Below are positions 11,399 to 24,144 of a stretch of 64,000 bases of DNA, in pieces (within the stretch, counting starts at the first letter, position 1; every line of letters starts with the position of its first letter). Below the pieces are notes generated by a model. That model was not told the DNA's origin, searched no databases, and was given only the letters and a program-made list of their open reading frames with translations. The translations under genes and the position numbers were made by a program. The stretch is from assembly GCF_009914755.1 (NCBI RefSeq), contig NC_060934.1; one strand, 5' to 3'. Origin of the DNA: the human T2T-CHM13v2.0 reference genome, Homo sapiens.

Positions 11399-12152
11399 GT
11401 TTTTTAAATGTTTATATTTTTTATTCAACTTTTAAGTTCAGGAGTACATATGCACGATGTGCAAGTGTGTTACATAGGTAAACGTGTGTCATCTTGGTTT
11501 GCTACACAGATCATCCTATCACATAAGTATTAAGCCCAGCATCCATTAGCTATTCTTCCTGATGCTCTCCCTCCCCATGGCCTGACGGGCCCCAGTGTGT
11601 GTTGTTCCCCTCAATTTGTCTATGTGTTCTCATTGTTCAGCTCCCACTTATAAGTGAAAACATGTGTTTGGTTTTCCGTTGCTGCATTAGTTTGCTGAGG
11701 ATAACAGCTTCCATCTCCATCCATGTCCCTGCAAAGGACATGATCTCATTCCTTTTTATGGCTGCATAGTATTCCATGGTGTATATGTACCAAATTTTCT
11801 TTATCCAGTCTATCATTGATGAGCATTTGGGTTGATTCCATGTCTTTGCTAATGTGAATAGTGCTGCAATAAACATATGTGTGCATGTATCTTTATAACA
11901 GAATGATTTATATTCTTTTGGGTATATAATCAGTAATGGGATTGCTGGATCAAATGGTATTTCTGCCTCTAGAACTTTGAGGAATCACCACACTGTCTTC
12001 CACAATGGTTGAACCAATTTACACTCCCACCAAGAGTGTAAAGCATTCCTTTTTCTCCACAACCTCACCAGCATCTGTTATTTTTTGACGTTTTTAATAA
12101 TTGCCATTCTGACTGTCATGAGATGGTATCTCATTATGATCTTGATTTGCAT
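11399..12152 (-). mobile_element. 5'-truncated L1PA
   Basis: ORF2 C-terminus MFIAALFTLAKTWNQPKC plus 3'UTR; TSD AGAGAAATACTTTTTT at 11383-11398 and 12153-12168. Confidence 0.92.
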
Positions 12153-12184
12153 AGAGAAATACTTTTTTTTCAGCCATAGTAAAT

Positions 12185-12500
12185 GAGCTTATGTCTCCAA
12201 ATCCAGATAGAATTAATTCAAGGGTGTGGAGAAAAATTAATAAAGGTTTTCATGTTGAAACAGTCAGTAATTTTTGATGGGTTTTTGAGTTTGGAAGGGA
12301 AGCCCCATAACTGAAAATAGAAAAAAAATGTTTATTTTTAAAGGGACAGAAAAACAGATCGTGGGGAAGAAATCCTCATTAGTTTGCTAGCAGCCTACTG
12401 CCAAATTTTAAAACATATAAACAGATGTTTATATGCACTTGAAAAAGAAAACTACATTCATTTCAGTATACCATAAGTTTATTCAGGATAATATGTGCCA
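12185..12500 (+). mobile_element. CR1/L3 LINE ORF2 fossil
   Basis: Degraded match to the pre-RT CR1 segment (PGPD-I-PRVL...IF..SW..G.VP.DW...IFKKG...P.SL...KIL). Confidence 0.5.
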
Positions 12501-12802
12501 AACTATCTCCTTTCTGTTAAGTGGTATTGATAAGTATTATGGTTGTGTTAACCATATAGAACTCTAATATGCAAAGAGAATTTGAGGGCAATACCCACAC
12601 ATATGGAAAATGTATTTTATTTTTTACTCTTCAATTAAAAACAATTCATCAACCAAACAAGGCACAAATATATAGTTCCTTGTGAAAAAATTTAATATTA
12701 TCAGTGAGTCTAAAGACTCCTATGATTACCTCGACCAATTCTGTTCTCCTCAGCCCCTTCCTAAAAATGATCACCACTGGAAATTGTATTATTCCATACC
12801 TT

Positions 12803-12965
12803 CTCCTATTTATTTACACACACACACACACACACACACACTCACTCAATAAGTGGATAAAATAATAATATTTTGAGTAAATTTTCATTCTCTCTCCAAT
12901 TTATTTACACACACACTCATGAGTGGATAAAATAAATATTAATAAATATTTTGAGTAAATTTTTA
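12803..12965 (+). repeat. Tandem duplication (~80 bp unit) containing (CA)n
   Basis: Two copies of TTTATTTA(CA)n..AGTGGATAAAATAA..ATATTTTGAGTAAATTTT. Confidence 0.85.
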
Positions 12966-13125
12966 TCACAAAATATGTCATATTTTCTTAAAACTATTCT
13001 GAATATTTTATTCAAAAATACTAACACATATTTCTCAAAACATAAAGATCTAAGTTTTTTTACTGAGTTCTGCAGAATATTTCATTGTATAAAATATCAC
13101 AGTTTATTTCATCAGAATACTATAA

Positions 13126-13495
<370 letters not shown>

Positions 13496-13869
13496 AGATT
13501 GGGTCATTTTCTTTGGATAACCTAGCCGCAAATAGTCCAGTGTTTCCATTTGTCTGATGTGTTCTACTTTTGAGAGCTACCGAATTGCTTTATCCAGCAT
13601 GCTGGCAATCATACTCGCAGGACTTTTCTCTGCAAAAATAGTCCATCATTCTCAATCATGAATATAATCCTGTTTCTTCTTTCCTCATCTGATATGATAA
13701 TTATGAGACACATACAGGCCAAATTTAGGAACATAAATCTCCTAGATCCCATGAAGTCTAGGATGGCTAGAAGTTTCCCAAGTTCAACTTGACAAACAAT
13801 GTATCTGGTGTTTCCATATGCCAAGAAATAGTAGAGATATAACACTATTCTAGAGGAGACTGTCTTTCG

Positions 13870-14480
13870 TTCATTTGTACTTGCATTTTTCAATCAACTG
13901 ACAGTGTTGAGTGCTACTTTATGCCAGACACCATTCTAGTCAACAGATATGCAGCCATGCAGAGACAAGTGTGTTCTCAAGGCACCCATCTGTCAGGTTG
14001 AGGTTGCCCTACAATCCGCAAGCAAACAGTGAATGAGGTCATTTGAGATGATAGTAATAATGCTTCGAAGAAAATTAAATAGGTAAAAGTGTGACAGTCA
14101 CTGGGAGAAAAGGAAGTAAGTGTTCAAACAGCAACAGTAATAATAGCAATTTATTACTATAATAGTGTTTAACATGCAAAGATACTGTTTGAAGAGAATT
14201 ACATTGACTAATCATCTAATTCTCACAAAAGCTCAGTGAAGTAGGTAGAACTTTTACTCTTCTTTTATAGAGGGGGAAACAGAAGCCTAGAGACATTAAA
14301 TAGCTTGGCAGGGTCTCACAGCTTGTAAAAGACTGAGATAAGATAGTAAGAACAGCCTCTAGAGAAGGTGACATTTGAGCTGAAACCAGGATGACAAGAC
14401 GCCATCCATGGAAGTCAGAGGGAAAATCAAGTACAGATTTCTCACAATGAAAGTGCTTGACCTATTTCTGGAATGAAAAG
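13870..14480 (-). mobile_element. L2 remnant with an embedded MIR (~14140-14345)
   Basis: TTGAGTGCTACTTTATGCCAGACAC; TTTTATAGAGGGGGAAACAGAAGCCTAGAGA; GAAGGTGACATTTGAGCTGA. Confidence 0.55.
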
Positions 14481-14954
14481 GCCAGAATGGAGAGGTTTCT
14501 TGGAATTTCTTCATCAAACGGTATTTCACTGAAGTAACTTTGGGACATCATATTTTTTGCATGAAGTACTGCCAGAAAACATGAGGTCCCCAAATTTAAA
14601 AATTCTGAAAGTCAATATTTCTGGTCTTCTCCTTGGTGGCCTGGGACTCTGTGGGACCATGGGTAGTGAGGAGAAGTATACGGCCTGGGTGCAGTTGTGT
14701 TTTCTAAGATTCCCATTCTGAACTAGAGTACTGGGGAAATAATGGGCATTCAGAATTCAGTAAAGCATTATATCCTCACAGAAGAGGTAGAGAAGTTAGG
14801 TAGACTTTCAGTGGTTCATCACTATACCTTGAAACTCTATGTTTAATAGCTCAATAATTACAAGTAAGTTAGTCTTTAATATTATGCCTTTGGGTTTTAT
14901 CTTTGTACTCACCATAGTCAACGCTGAACAATTCTTTGAGTAAAGACATGGAAA

Positions 14955-16206
14955 TGTTACGAGATCTTTGGAGTGTCGTTGTTCTGGCAGGAAACCTGTG
15001 GCCAGTGGCACCTTTGCCCAAGTTTTGCTTGGGCCTGCTGGGCTCATTTCACCCACTCAGCCTGGCAGGATGAGCTCAGTTCATGCTACTGGCCCAGGTC
15101 CCACATCTGCCAAGGGAGAGTCAGGCATGGAACAGTGAGAGGTGTGTGAGTGAGCACGGGGTTCAGCCACTGCGCACATGCCAGCAGCTGCAGCAGGGCA
15201 GGCAGCTCCAGGTGCCGACATGGACACCAGCTCTCTACAAGGGCGCAGCCAGACCAGGCACACCACAAGCAGCTTCCACAGCTGGCACCGGGGAACATGG
15301 CAGCACCCGGCAGCTTGAAGACACCAGGAGCCACAGGGCTCAAAGAGGGAGTCACAGCTTTGACTCAGGGAACTCTCAGGTCTGGGCTTCCCAAAGGGAC
15401 ATAGCTCTTCTCTCCTATTTGACTGCAACATGGTGAGCAAAGGCCATGTTTCAGCCATGTCTGTGTTACAGTTCTTTTATCCTCATTTGGCAGGTCCTGA
15501 GTTCTTATCCTGTGCCCATGAAGAATGAGGTACTCAGACAAATGGAGGGTGAGCAAGAGGAGCTTTATTGAGCTACAATGGCTCAGAGCAGGGCCTGGAG
15601 TGGGAAGCTCCTCTCTGCAGCTGGTTGTACTGATGTCAGCTCAGCTTTGACTGAGCCTGGGGCTTTTATAGGCCTCAGAGGGGAGGAAGTGTGCACTGAT
15701 TGGTCCATGGGCAGCCATAGGCAGGCCAAGAAAAGGCACCACAAGTTCCCACCCAAGTCCATGGGACTGGCAGCCTGGCCCCAGCCTTCAGGTGCTCCCT
15801 GGCCTGAAGGTGGATCCTCAGTGGGACCCTCCCCATTCTGCCCAGGAATCTGCCTCCTGCTGCCATTCATGGTGCCTGGGCTTGGCCTGACTTTGCTCCA
15901 AAATCTGAGCGGGTGTTGACAGCAGGGAAAAGCCAGGCAATGGGAGCAGACACTTCTGAGCCTGTGAGGGTAGGATTGGGTGGGGCTTTCCTTGGCCCCC
16001 AAGAATGCAGGGATGCCTGGGTCCCCAGCTGTAATTCTGGCAGCTGTAGTGGCACCCAAGGAGCTCCTGCCCCAACTTGGAAGGGTTGCAGTTCCTGCTT
16101 GTCCCTGGTACCTGCAGGTCCAAGGAGCCTGCAGCCCCAGCCCCACCTCCCTACTGCAGCTGATATGATGGCAGCAGCAGCTCAAGAGAGCCCACTGCTG
16201 CCATCA
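14955..16206 (-). mobile_element. ERV1 solo LTR, MER52 family
   Basis: GC-rich 1252 bp block, TG..CA termini, 4-bp TSD GAAA at 14951-14954 and 16207-16210. Confidence 0.85.
15564..15703 (-). promoter_or_regulatory. LTR core promoter: CCAAT (15699-15703), TATAAAA (15664-15670), AATAAA (15564-15569)
   Basis: Motifs occur in canonical U3-R order on the minus strand; activity unknown. Confidence 0.6.
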
Positions 16207-16479
16207 GAAATATTTTATTAGATTTGTGGATGGCATAAAGCTATGATTTAGTACAAATAGGGAATGACAGAATCAGAGTTAATATGAATTAAATACACTA
16301 TAATTAAAGGTCATATTTACAAGATATAATCTAACAGTGGAAATGATGAACTTGTCTATTAAGTTAAAGTACATACACACATATACATGTGACTGTTTCT
16401 GCATGTATGTGTGTGTATACTTATAAATGCATGCACAGAGAAGGATAGATTTCCTGACTTAATAGATATTCTTCCCAGA

Positions 16480-17290
16480 TGGATGCAGAGTGTGATGCAC
16501 TGTTAGAAAGGTTACATGTCAGATCCCTCATTAGTACTGAGTCTGCCCTAGTTCATTTTAAGAAATTGTGGTAAACAAAAGAGAGACCAAGAAGGGCCAC
16601 AGTGAAAATAAGGGTTCTAGAAATGAGCTTTTATATTGATAATCAGAAGAAACGGTACAAAACTTAGCCTGGAAAAAAAAAGAAGTTAGAATCTGAGAGC
16701 TGTCTTTCCAAACATTTTAAAGCTGTTGGGCAAGACAAGATACAGAGTTTAAGGGAAATGGTAGTGGTTAAATCCAGGTGTCAGTGCACTTTGGCCAGTA
16801 GTATTAGCCTACATAGTGTTTCAAATTTGAATTTATTACCAATATTCAAAAACTGGGATTTTTAATGTATGAATCTAATTTCCTGGTCTTTCTTAAAGAA
16901 ACGGAAAATCTGATGACTCTAGGCCACACTTTTTCATAATAATTACTGGGGCTTGTAGCTCCCTTAGAAGGGAAATGCATATTTCATGTCACCAAAGTCT
17001 CCCTTCCCCCATACTTTAACTATAATTTATTATTTTATGCCTAAACCAAGTCATTTATTTAATTAATTATCTTTCGAATCTTTATTATTCATACAGCAGA
17101 ACCATGGCAAGCCTTGGCAATTTTAGTGAGATACATTTCAACTCAACTTTAAAAAAAAAGTTAGATTTGCCCAGTAGTGGAGCAAAATACCTTAAGAGTT
17201 AGTAAGCTCCCTGACAATGGAAGTAACAAAAGAGATACTGGAAGAAGTATGCAATGGATATCTGGACTGGGTCTGTACTTAGGTCAAATA
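16480..17290 (+). mobile_element. L3/CR1 3' remnant interrupted by a hAT-type DNA element (MER103-like, ~16770-17095)
   Basis: CTTAGCCTGGAAAA..AGAAG..GCTGTCTTTCCAAACATTTTAAAGCTGT resumes as TGCCCAGTAGTGGA...AGTAAGCTCCCTGACAATGGAAG. Confidence 0.5.
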
Positions 17291-17899
17291 GTTGAGGCAG
17301 ATCTTTCCCTTATTCTATTATTCCATCCAAAATCAGAAGAACACGTAATAGCGACAGAAGAAAACAAAATATTGAGAGCAGAGAGAGAGAGAGCACAAGG
17401 CACTAGGGCATAGGGAGAAAAAATAAACAACTTAAGTGAAGGTTACCAAGAGTGTCTGAGAGATAGTGGGAACAAATGAGAGTCTAAATGGTGGCTCCAC
17501 ATTTCAGAGAGAATTGTAAACTTATCCACAACAATTGCAATTAAATGAGGTGTATCCTGGGCAGCTGTCTTCACGCATTAGATGGCCAATTGGAAAAGTG
17601 AAAAAGTAGATTTCCTTCTTTTTGAAAGCATCTGCACCAACTCCTGAAAGGTTGGTGTCTCAAGAATCTCTAATTTAGCAGAGGTATTTATAAAATATGC
17701 TTGTCATGTCATTTGTGGCTCAGGATGGATTAAGTCTGATCTGTTTTTATGCATTATAATTACTAAGTAGTTTTGTGCATTGCATGTTTCCCTTAAAGGC
17801 CACCAAACAAGCAGGCAAATAGATTAGATTTCTTTGTGCCCCTTCTTTGTTTCTTAGGTTTAGTCCTTTGAGGACTTGCTGTTCCAGGTCCTTCCTTAC

Positions 17900-17934
17900 C
17901 ATCAGTGCTCATCAAACTGTGTTCATCGCTAATG
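17900..17934 (-). other. Candidate 35-nt exon
   Basis: Poly-T acceptor ...ttccttaag and donor ATG|gtaagg; one open frame ISDEHSLMSTD. Confidence 0.3.
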
Positions 17935-18759
17935 CTTAAGGAAAAAAAAAAAAGAAACAGCTCTATTTAGAGACTGGGAGATTATGAAAATCTATGCAAA
18001 TTCACAGAAGAGTGGGAGGAGAAGGGGAAGAAAAGATAATTCCCAAAGAGGTCAGTTCGTTTCTCTGTGTCTTCCTGCTGTAAACATATTGCAGAAAGCT
18101 CTTGGGTTTAAAAGCCATGGCTGGTCAGCTTGCTCCCTGCCTCTCTTTTTCATCTCTTTAAGATAACCATGTAAGAGCAAGAGAAATACATGGAAATGTT
18201 GTTCTTTCTGACATTTTTCTCAAATTGCAGTTAAGATTTTTTACATTTGTATCACATCCCTTTATATAGAGCATCATCAGGGGAACTTGTTAAAAAATAT
18301 AAATTTCTGGGTCCCTTTTTAGATGTACAAAAGCAGAGTCCCAGGAGAGTGTGAGCTGAGAATGTATAGTTTCAAAATTTAATAGAAAATTCCGCTAAAC
18401 ATACATATGTGACAATTACTAATATATAAACACCCTTTGTTTAGACAATGTTTCAAGATTCTGATAATGATATTGGGATGATCAGAAGTAGCAATATAGA
18501 GTGGAGATGACGGACTTCTATTTTTTGTTGGTTATAGCTTCTGAGAGCCCTGGACAAAATTGTCAGCTTTCAGCACCCTTGGTAAATAAATTGATTGCAA
18601 TCTGATGAGGGGTGAAGAGGGGAAGGTAGAAGTTGTTTTAACCTTAATAGGGTACCTTAGTACCCAGATGCTTTGCTTGACTGCCAATCTGTAATCTACA
18701 ATTGTCCTAAAAGCTTGCTCTGAAGCCACCCAAATGATGACCTGGGAATAGTTTACAGC

Positions 18760-19110
18760 ATCTCTAGTCACGTTATTCAGGGAAGAAGAGGAAAGCAGCT
18801 TTTTCTTCTGGAGAGGGAATTGAGTACCATTCAGAGGTACTGAAAAGAGGAAAGAATTATGACACAGGTAGTAAAGCATGATAGATGGTTTGAGGAAGTC
18901 CAGTTGGCATTTTTATTCACCCTTTCCCATAACAGAACAACAAGAGGGCACTCACTCAATTGGGGAAATCAAAAAACTGCACGTTTAAAACAAATGAAAG
19001 GAAACTTCACAGCCTATAATGAACTCAAGAGACTGGCTGCAGATTGCCAAGGAAGATTACTGAAGCAATTAAACATTTGTGTGTGAATGAGGATAGCATT
19101 TTACAACCCA
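18760..19110 (+). mobile_element. CR1-clade LINE 3' fossil
   Basis: LFTLSHNRTTRGHSL resembles the CR1 ORF2 C-terminal TRGH motif, followed by TTTAAAACAAATGAAAGGAA. Confidence 0.55.
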
Positions 19111-19291
19111 AGTAGGTAGAAAAATAAATTCTGTACTTCTGGATAACACTGGCTTTTTCTTTAAGAAGTATCTATTTTTCTACTTAAAAAAGAAAAGCTG
19201 ATCTTCAGCTGGATACAGAAAGTGCTATTGCTCACTCTAGCAGATGATGAAATGCCCTTGCCTGGAATCATTAAATCCATGAGAACGTGGT

Positions 19292-19869
19292 TGTGTTGGG
19301 AGTCTCCAAGACTAGACCACCCTCACGTTTGGAGATTGGTTGGAAAGGACTCCTAGGACTTAGCATATAGTTGTACTTACAGCTAAGATTTATTATAGCA
19401 GGATAGTAGTAAGGATATACAGCTGCATCAAAAGGGGAAAAGACACAGGTGGGGTTGGGTGGAATCCACGTATAGTCTTCCTCATATTCTCTCCCTCCCA
19501 TGAAGGGTCACACAGAACACACTTTTCCTCCCAGCAATGAAAATGCAGCAACATGTTCATGATGCTTCTACCCAGGAAAGTCTATTAGAGAATCAGTATC
19601 CAAGGTTTTTATTGGAGGCTGGTCCCAAAGGCACTGTCTGCCTAACATGTACCAAAATTCCAGATGCCCAGAAATAAAGCAGGTGTTCAGCATAAACCAT
19701 ATTTGTTTGCACAAACAGCCTGGCACAATGATTCACCCTTTTTAGTTAGCTCTTGACTGGGAATACTCCAAGAGCCACGTTCTCAGATGCCAGCCAAGGG
19801 CCAACCTTGCAAGCAAGTCTTTTTAGGGGTAGCAGTCTCAGACCTTCTGTGTTAACTCTTTTTTGCACA
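19292..19869 (-). mobile_element. MER21-type solo LTR
   Basis: TGTGTTGGGAGTCTCCAAGAC...GTTAACTCTTTTTTGCACA. Confidence 0.8.
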
Positions 19870-21004
19870 GGGGATTATGTGTTATGACGTTGGGGTTAAA
19901 AGAATTCAGTGTTAATTAGTATAGATTTCACACCATAGCAAAATGAATCACTGACCAATCCAAGAGAGCAAATTATTTTATTGTTTTAAACTATGGATAC
20001 ACACATGGTAATCTATTTCTGTAAAACTTTGTTTTTTTAATTTTGCTCTCTATCAATTGGCCTATTCAATTTCTGCCCCCACACCCATGAAGCATTTATA
20101 GTCTGACATTAATTACATTAAAAAATTGGAGCAAAGTGGAAACTCCAGAAACCCAGGATTAACATTTGTCCACTCAATTGTTTCTTTCTTATGTTAAAAC
20201 TAATATGCCTTCTCAGAAAGGTGACCTTTAAAATTGCTTGATATACTACCATAAGCACCAGCATACAAATGCTTCATGAATTTTCTCCTTCTAAATGTAT
20301 CCCAAGTCTCTAGGTCTTGGTATTGAAGTACCGCCTTGGCTCTACTTCAAGATTGGAGAATGAATGCGGGGAAATTGGAGATGAAGGTAATAATGCATTT
20401 ACCTCTAAATATAATTTAAGTGGTAGTTTTGCCCACTGAAGAATAAAGGTTCACTAAATCCTTTTTAAAAGATGATTACCTCTCAATATAAACCACTACC
20501 TGTAGATATAAACATATTCATCTGAGTGAAATCAAGAGCACAACTTATAGTATCTTCGTATCTTGGATCGTGTCTTAAACATAGTTAAAACTCACTGGAA
20601 AATGGTTTACTTGAAATAAATGCATAATTTTTTAAAAATTTATACTTCCTATTCTAATTCAGGATCTGGAAGCCTCAAGCCTGGGCTAATCCAAAAGCCA
20701 ACTTTATAATCGTCCTACTTCTAAGATCTACCCATCCAATATTTTGCAAGTGAATATAATCATTGCCAAGTGGATCTTCCCAAACAGTCTGCTAATGTTA
20801 TTCATTGTCCCAAAATCTTTCTGATAGCTTTCTTTCACCTTGAGAATCAGTCTCTAAATTCTAACTACTACCACTGCCCCCAATTTGGTTAAATTTAACT
20901 TTCTAATTTAAGAACGAATCAATTGTATCATCTATGATAGCAATGTTGAAATTATAAATAGTTTGTTCTCTCTTGCCTCCAAGGGTAAAATCTTACCCTT
21001 TCTA

Positions 21005-22040
21005 GATATAAAAAACTGTTGAGGTCTTCCATATTGTGTGCTAGCGGTTCCCCATTATATTTTTTATTGTCTTGATGAGGGAGGTGTTCTTAGGGCCCTC
21101 TTAGGAAATTTAGTCATTTTGGTTTATTTGCTCTCAGGTAATTCATTTTAAGAGGTTGTGGCAGTGTCTTCACCTCATTTCCTGGATGAGCCACCATCCC
21201 AACAACACATTAGAATAGACTCCAGGTGTGTCTGCTGTGACATTAAATTCTGAGTCATAGAAGAATGTTCCCATGTAATACTCTCCCCTCTTCACCCTCA
21301 TGACCCACTCCTACACTTGTCCCTGGATCAGCCAAGCCCTGCAGTTATTTTGGTAATCAAGCTATTCTTCCTCCAAACAGGAATTATATTTTCCTGTTCA
21401 GGTTATGTTGAAACCTGTCCTTCATTAGTGGTCTGAAGGCCATGAGTAGAAGCAGGGTAAAGAGGTAAAGAGATGAGGTCTACTTCTGCTAGGCGTCTGT
21501 GTCAGAGCAAGATGGAAATTTAAGATTCTCAGGCTTGTCACTCAAGTGTCATCAGTTCAGATTACAGGTACTACATCCTCCTATAACAGCCCTGACTGTA
21601 TAACCTAAGATACCAATTCCTATTAAGTTATATGTTCAGTCTCCTTTGCAGCTCTGCCACCTCTACAATTAAATCCTGGGTATGAATTTCAGCCCAGTCT
21701 GCTCTTTTGCTGTGGGAGATAAGGATCTTTTCAAACACTGCTATGGATGTCTTCTGATTTTCATAGCTTGTCATTTTCTTTATTTAAGATTTCCAAAGCG
21801 ACTATGTTTACATTCCTGAAGGTCTTTACATTCCTGCGTTACTGTATAAACTAGTACTTCACCTTCCACTGCTCCATCATCCCAGTGCGTCACACGTGAG
21901 TATTCTAGGAATTTTGTTGCTACAACATACCAGGAGTTATTATTCTCAATTACCAACATCACTGGGGTCTTTGTTATCATTTGAACAAGGAATGATATCT
22001 TTTTTTTCCAGAATCCCACAATTCAAAAGAATCTAACTTG
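21005..22040 (-). pseudogene. Decayed ERV-L (class III) gag
   Basis: Collinear frameshifted motifs GFW..., SWYVVA, QDLIVEVAELQRRLN, VRAVI, MGTFFYDSEFNVTADTPG..LLGW, GPKNTSLIKTIKN. Confidence 0.75.
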
Positions 22041-22418
22041 CACGGTTCTGAAAGAATACAGGAGTTATTTTAAATAATCTTGAATTAATGAATATCGTCT
22101 ACAAATATCAGTTCTCTCTCTCTCTTTTTCATAGTAGATGCTCCATAAAATTTTTATATTAAATCAGCGTGGTCTTAGGTTTTCTTTGCTTCCCACTTTG
22201 AATGTTCTGGGGAAAAGCAAACTAAATGAGCTTAAATGAAACGTAATTTGCAAAATAAATATGAATAAAATATGCATGAGTCTTCATTTTGGAAAATATA
22301 AATACAGTCTCTCCCCTTATCAGTTTTAAAGTAAGTCTGTTTTCCATAGATGTCTGTATCACAGAGAGATGAGATTTTCTGAAACACATCCGAGGCAGAT
22401 AAATTTATGGAGAAACAT

Positions 22419-22777
22419 TTATCCTCTTTCTTGGTTATCCTGCCCAGGTCCATAAAATTGGAACTGTACCATGTGGGAAGTATGAAAATCTTGTTTCTGC
22501 CCTCTCGATGACTCATTTCTGCTCAACAGAGGAGGAATGACTTGAGTGGTGGGTAATACAGGGAGAAGAGTTCTGAGCATTGGCAGCACATTCTCTCCAC
22601 CTGTCTCTTCTGGATCTTCCTGCTTGTTAACTGGAAATGGAGTCTTTTGCATGGAGTTAGCAGTCACTTTTGAGGTGATAGAAATGGTGCCAGGGGTGAA
22701 AGCTGAGCTGGTTGGGAAGTTGAAATACAGTTCTTCACCTTCTGAGCCTGTGGCTGAATGGGTGAATACGATCATTT
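22419..22777 (-). other. Exon-like Ser/Thr/Pro-rich ORF of unknown origin (possible unannotated or decayed coding exon)
   Basis: Acceptor ttagttttacag|AA ATG, 118 open codons, more GC-rich than flanks, no repeat family recognised. Confidence 0.3.
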
Positions 22778-24144
22778 CTGTAAAACTAATGAATCAACTC
22801 TCAACCTTCATTGGTTCCAATATTTAGACTAGAGTATGTCAAAGCAAATTGAGATTCTCAGTCTGAGTCACTGTGTTTTTACTTATAAACTATATTTATA
22901 GAAGAAGAAACTGCCTTTAGCTATGTTACCGTTTTAAAAAGACTAAGTACAGTCTTTTTAACATATATTTGAATTAATTAGAGCTTGATAATAAGGTTAT
23001 GAAAATTTAATTACTACCAAAGTTATGGTCAGTAAAGTCAACTTCTTATGAAAAGCATAGATTAATATAAATGGATGGTTTGCTTCATACTAACTTTGAG
23101 ACTTTTTACAACAAATTTTGATCTTAAGCTTAAAGTCAGTGATCCTTGTCTATTTAAGGAAACTAAGACCTTTGTGTTTCGTAGTTAAAAGTCAGAGAGA
23201 AATGCAACTTATGTTTACAAGATACAAAATAAATATAAATTTATCTGAAATTCTATGAAAACAGGTATGGAAATATACACCTGATCTTTTTCTCTACTGA
23301 TCTAACAAGATATAATAATAGCCCAGGATTGCTTCCCTAAGAAGTGTGTCAACATTCTCACATTTTTTGAGGGCTTCATTAACAATTTCTTAGCCAACAA
23401 TTGAGTCTCTGATCTCAATTATTTTTCTATCCAGAGCGGAATTTTAAATACTAAGTTCACCATTTCTGTTTTCACAGGGGGCAGCCTGATTCTACCTGCA
23501 GTTTTAAACTGCATTTTCTATCTAGGTTTTCTAGCAATAAAGATTATTTCTTTTGTAACAAAGATTATTTCTTAAAAGATCCAAAATCTCTTAGGAAATA
23601 GGGGAATAATAGGCAACTCAGAGAAATCTATGTTACTATATCTCATAATAATGACCTTAGAAAAATTCTCCTACCAAAAGTAATTCTATAGGACTTTGAG
23701 AGCATTTCCGTGTTTCATGACATTTTTAAAGATGTGAGTCTATCTCTGCCATTTTCTTTTCTTTGTTCTTCTCCATGATCTATTTTGCATAGAGGACAAG
23801 ATCCTGATTTATGGTATTGTGTTCTAGTGATTTTTGTTTATGATTCCCTCTGCCCCCACTCTCGGTATGAGAAAAGCTAGTAGAAAAGCCTAAAATGTTA
23901 TTGGTAGGTGCCACTTTAGATATCATAGCTTAGATAACAAATTCTTTGCAGTTATATGTTTAAGCTTGTAAAATACAAATTAGACTTCTCTTTGCCATTT
24001 TTGTACCTCTGAAATTGTAAACAGAAGTTTTTTTTTTTTTTTTTTTTTTTCTTAGAAACAGGCTGGGATCTCAAAAGCATCAATGCATTTATTGGTGAGT
24101 TCAAGGAGATTAAAAACTGTTTAGGCTGGCCATCTCCAGACACT

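Noticed and set aside
15081-16221. Dense cluster of overlapping ORFs up to 200 aa
   Set aside because: All lie in the GC-rich MER52 LTR, where stop codons are scarce; no protein-like signal
21780-22019. 79-aa ORF as a host exon partnering 22419-22777
   Set aside because: Explained as the ERV-L gag N-terminus
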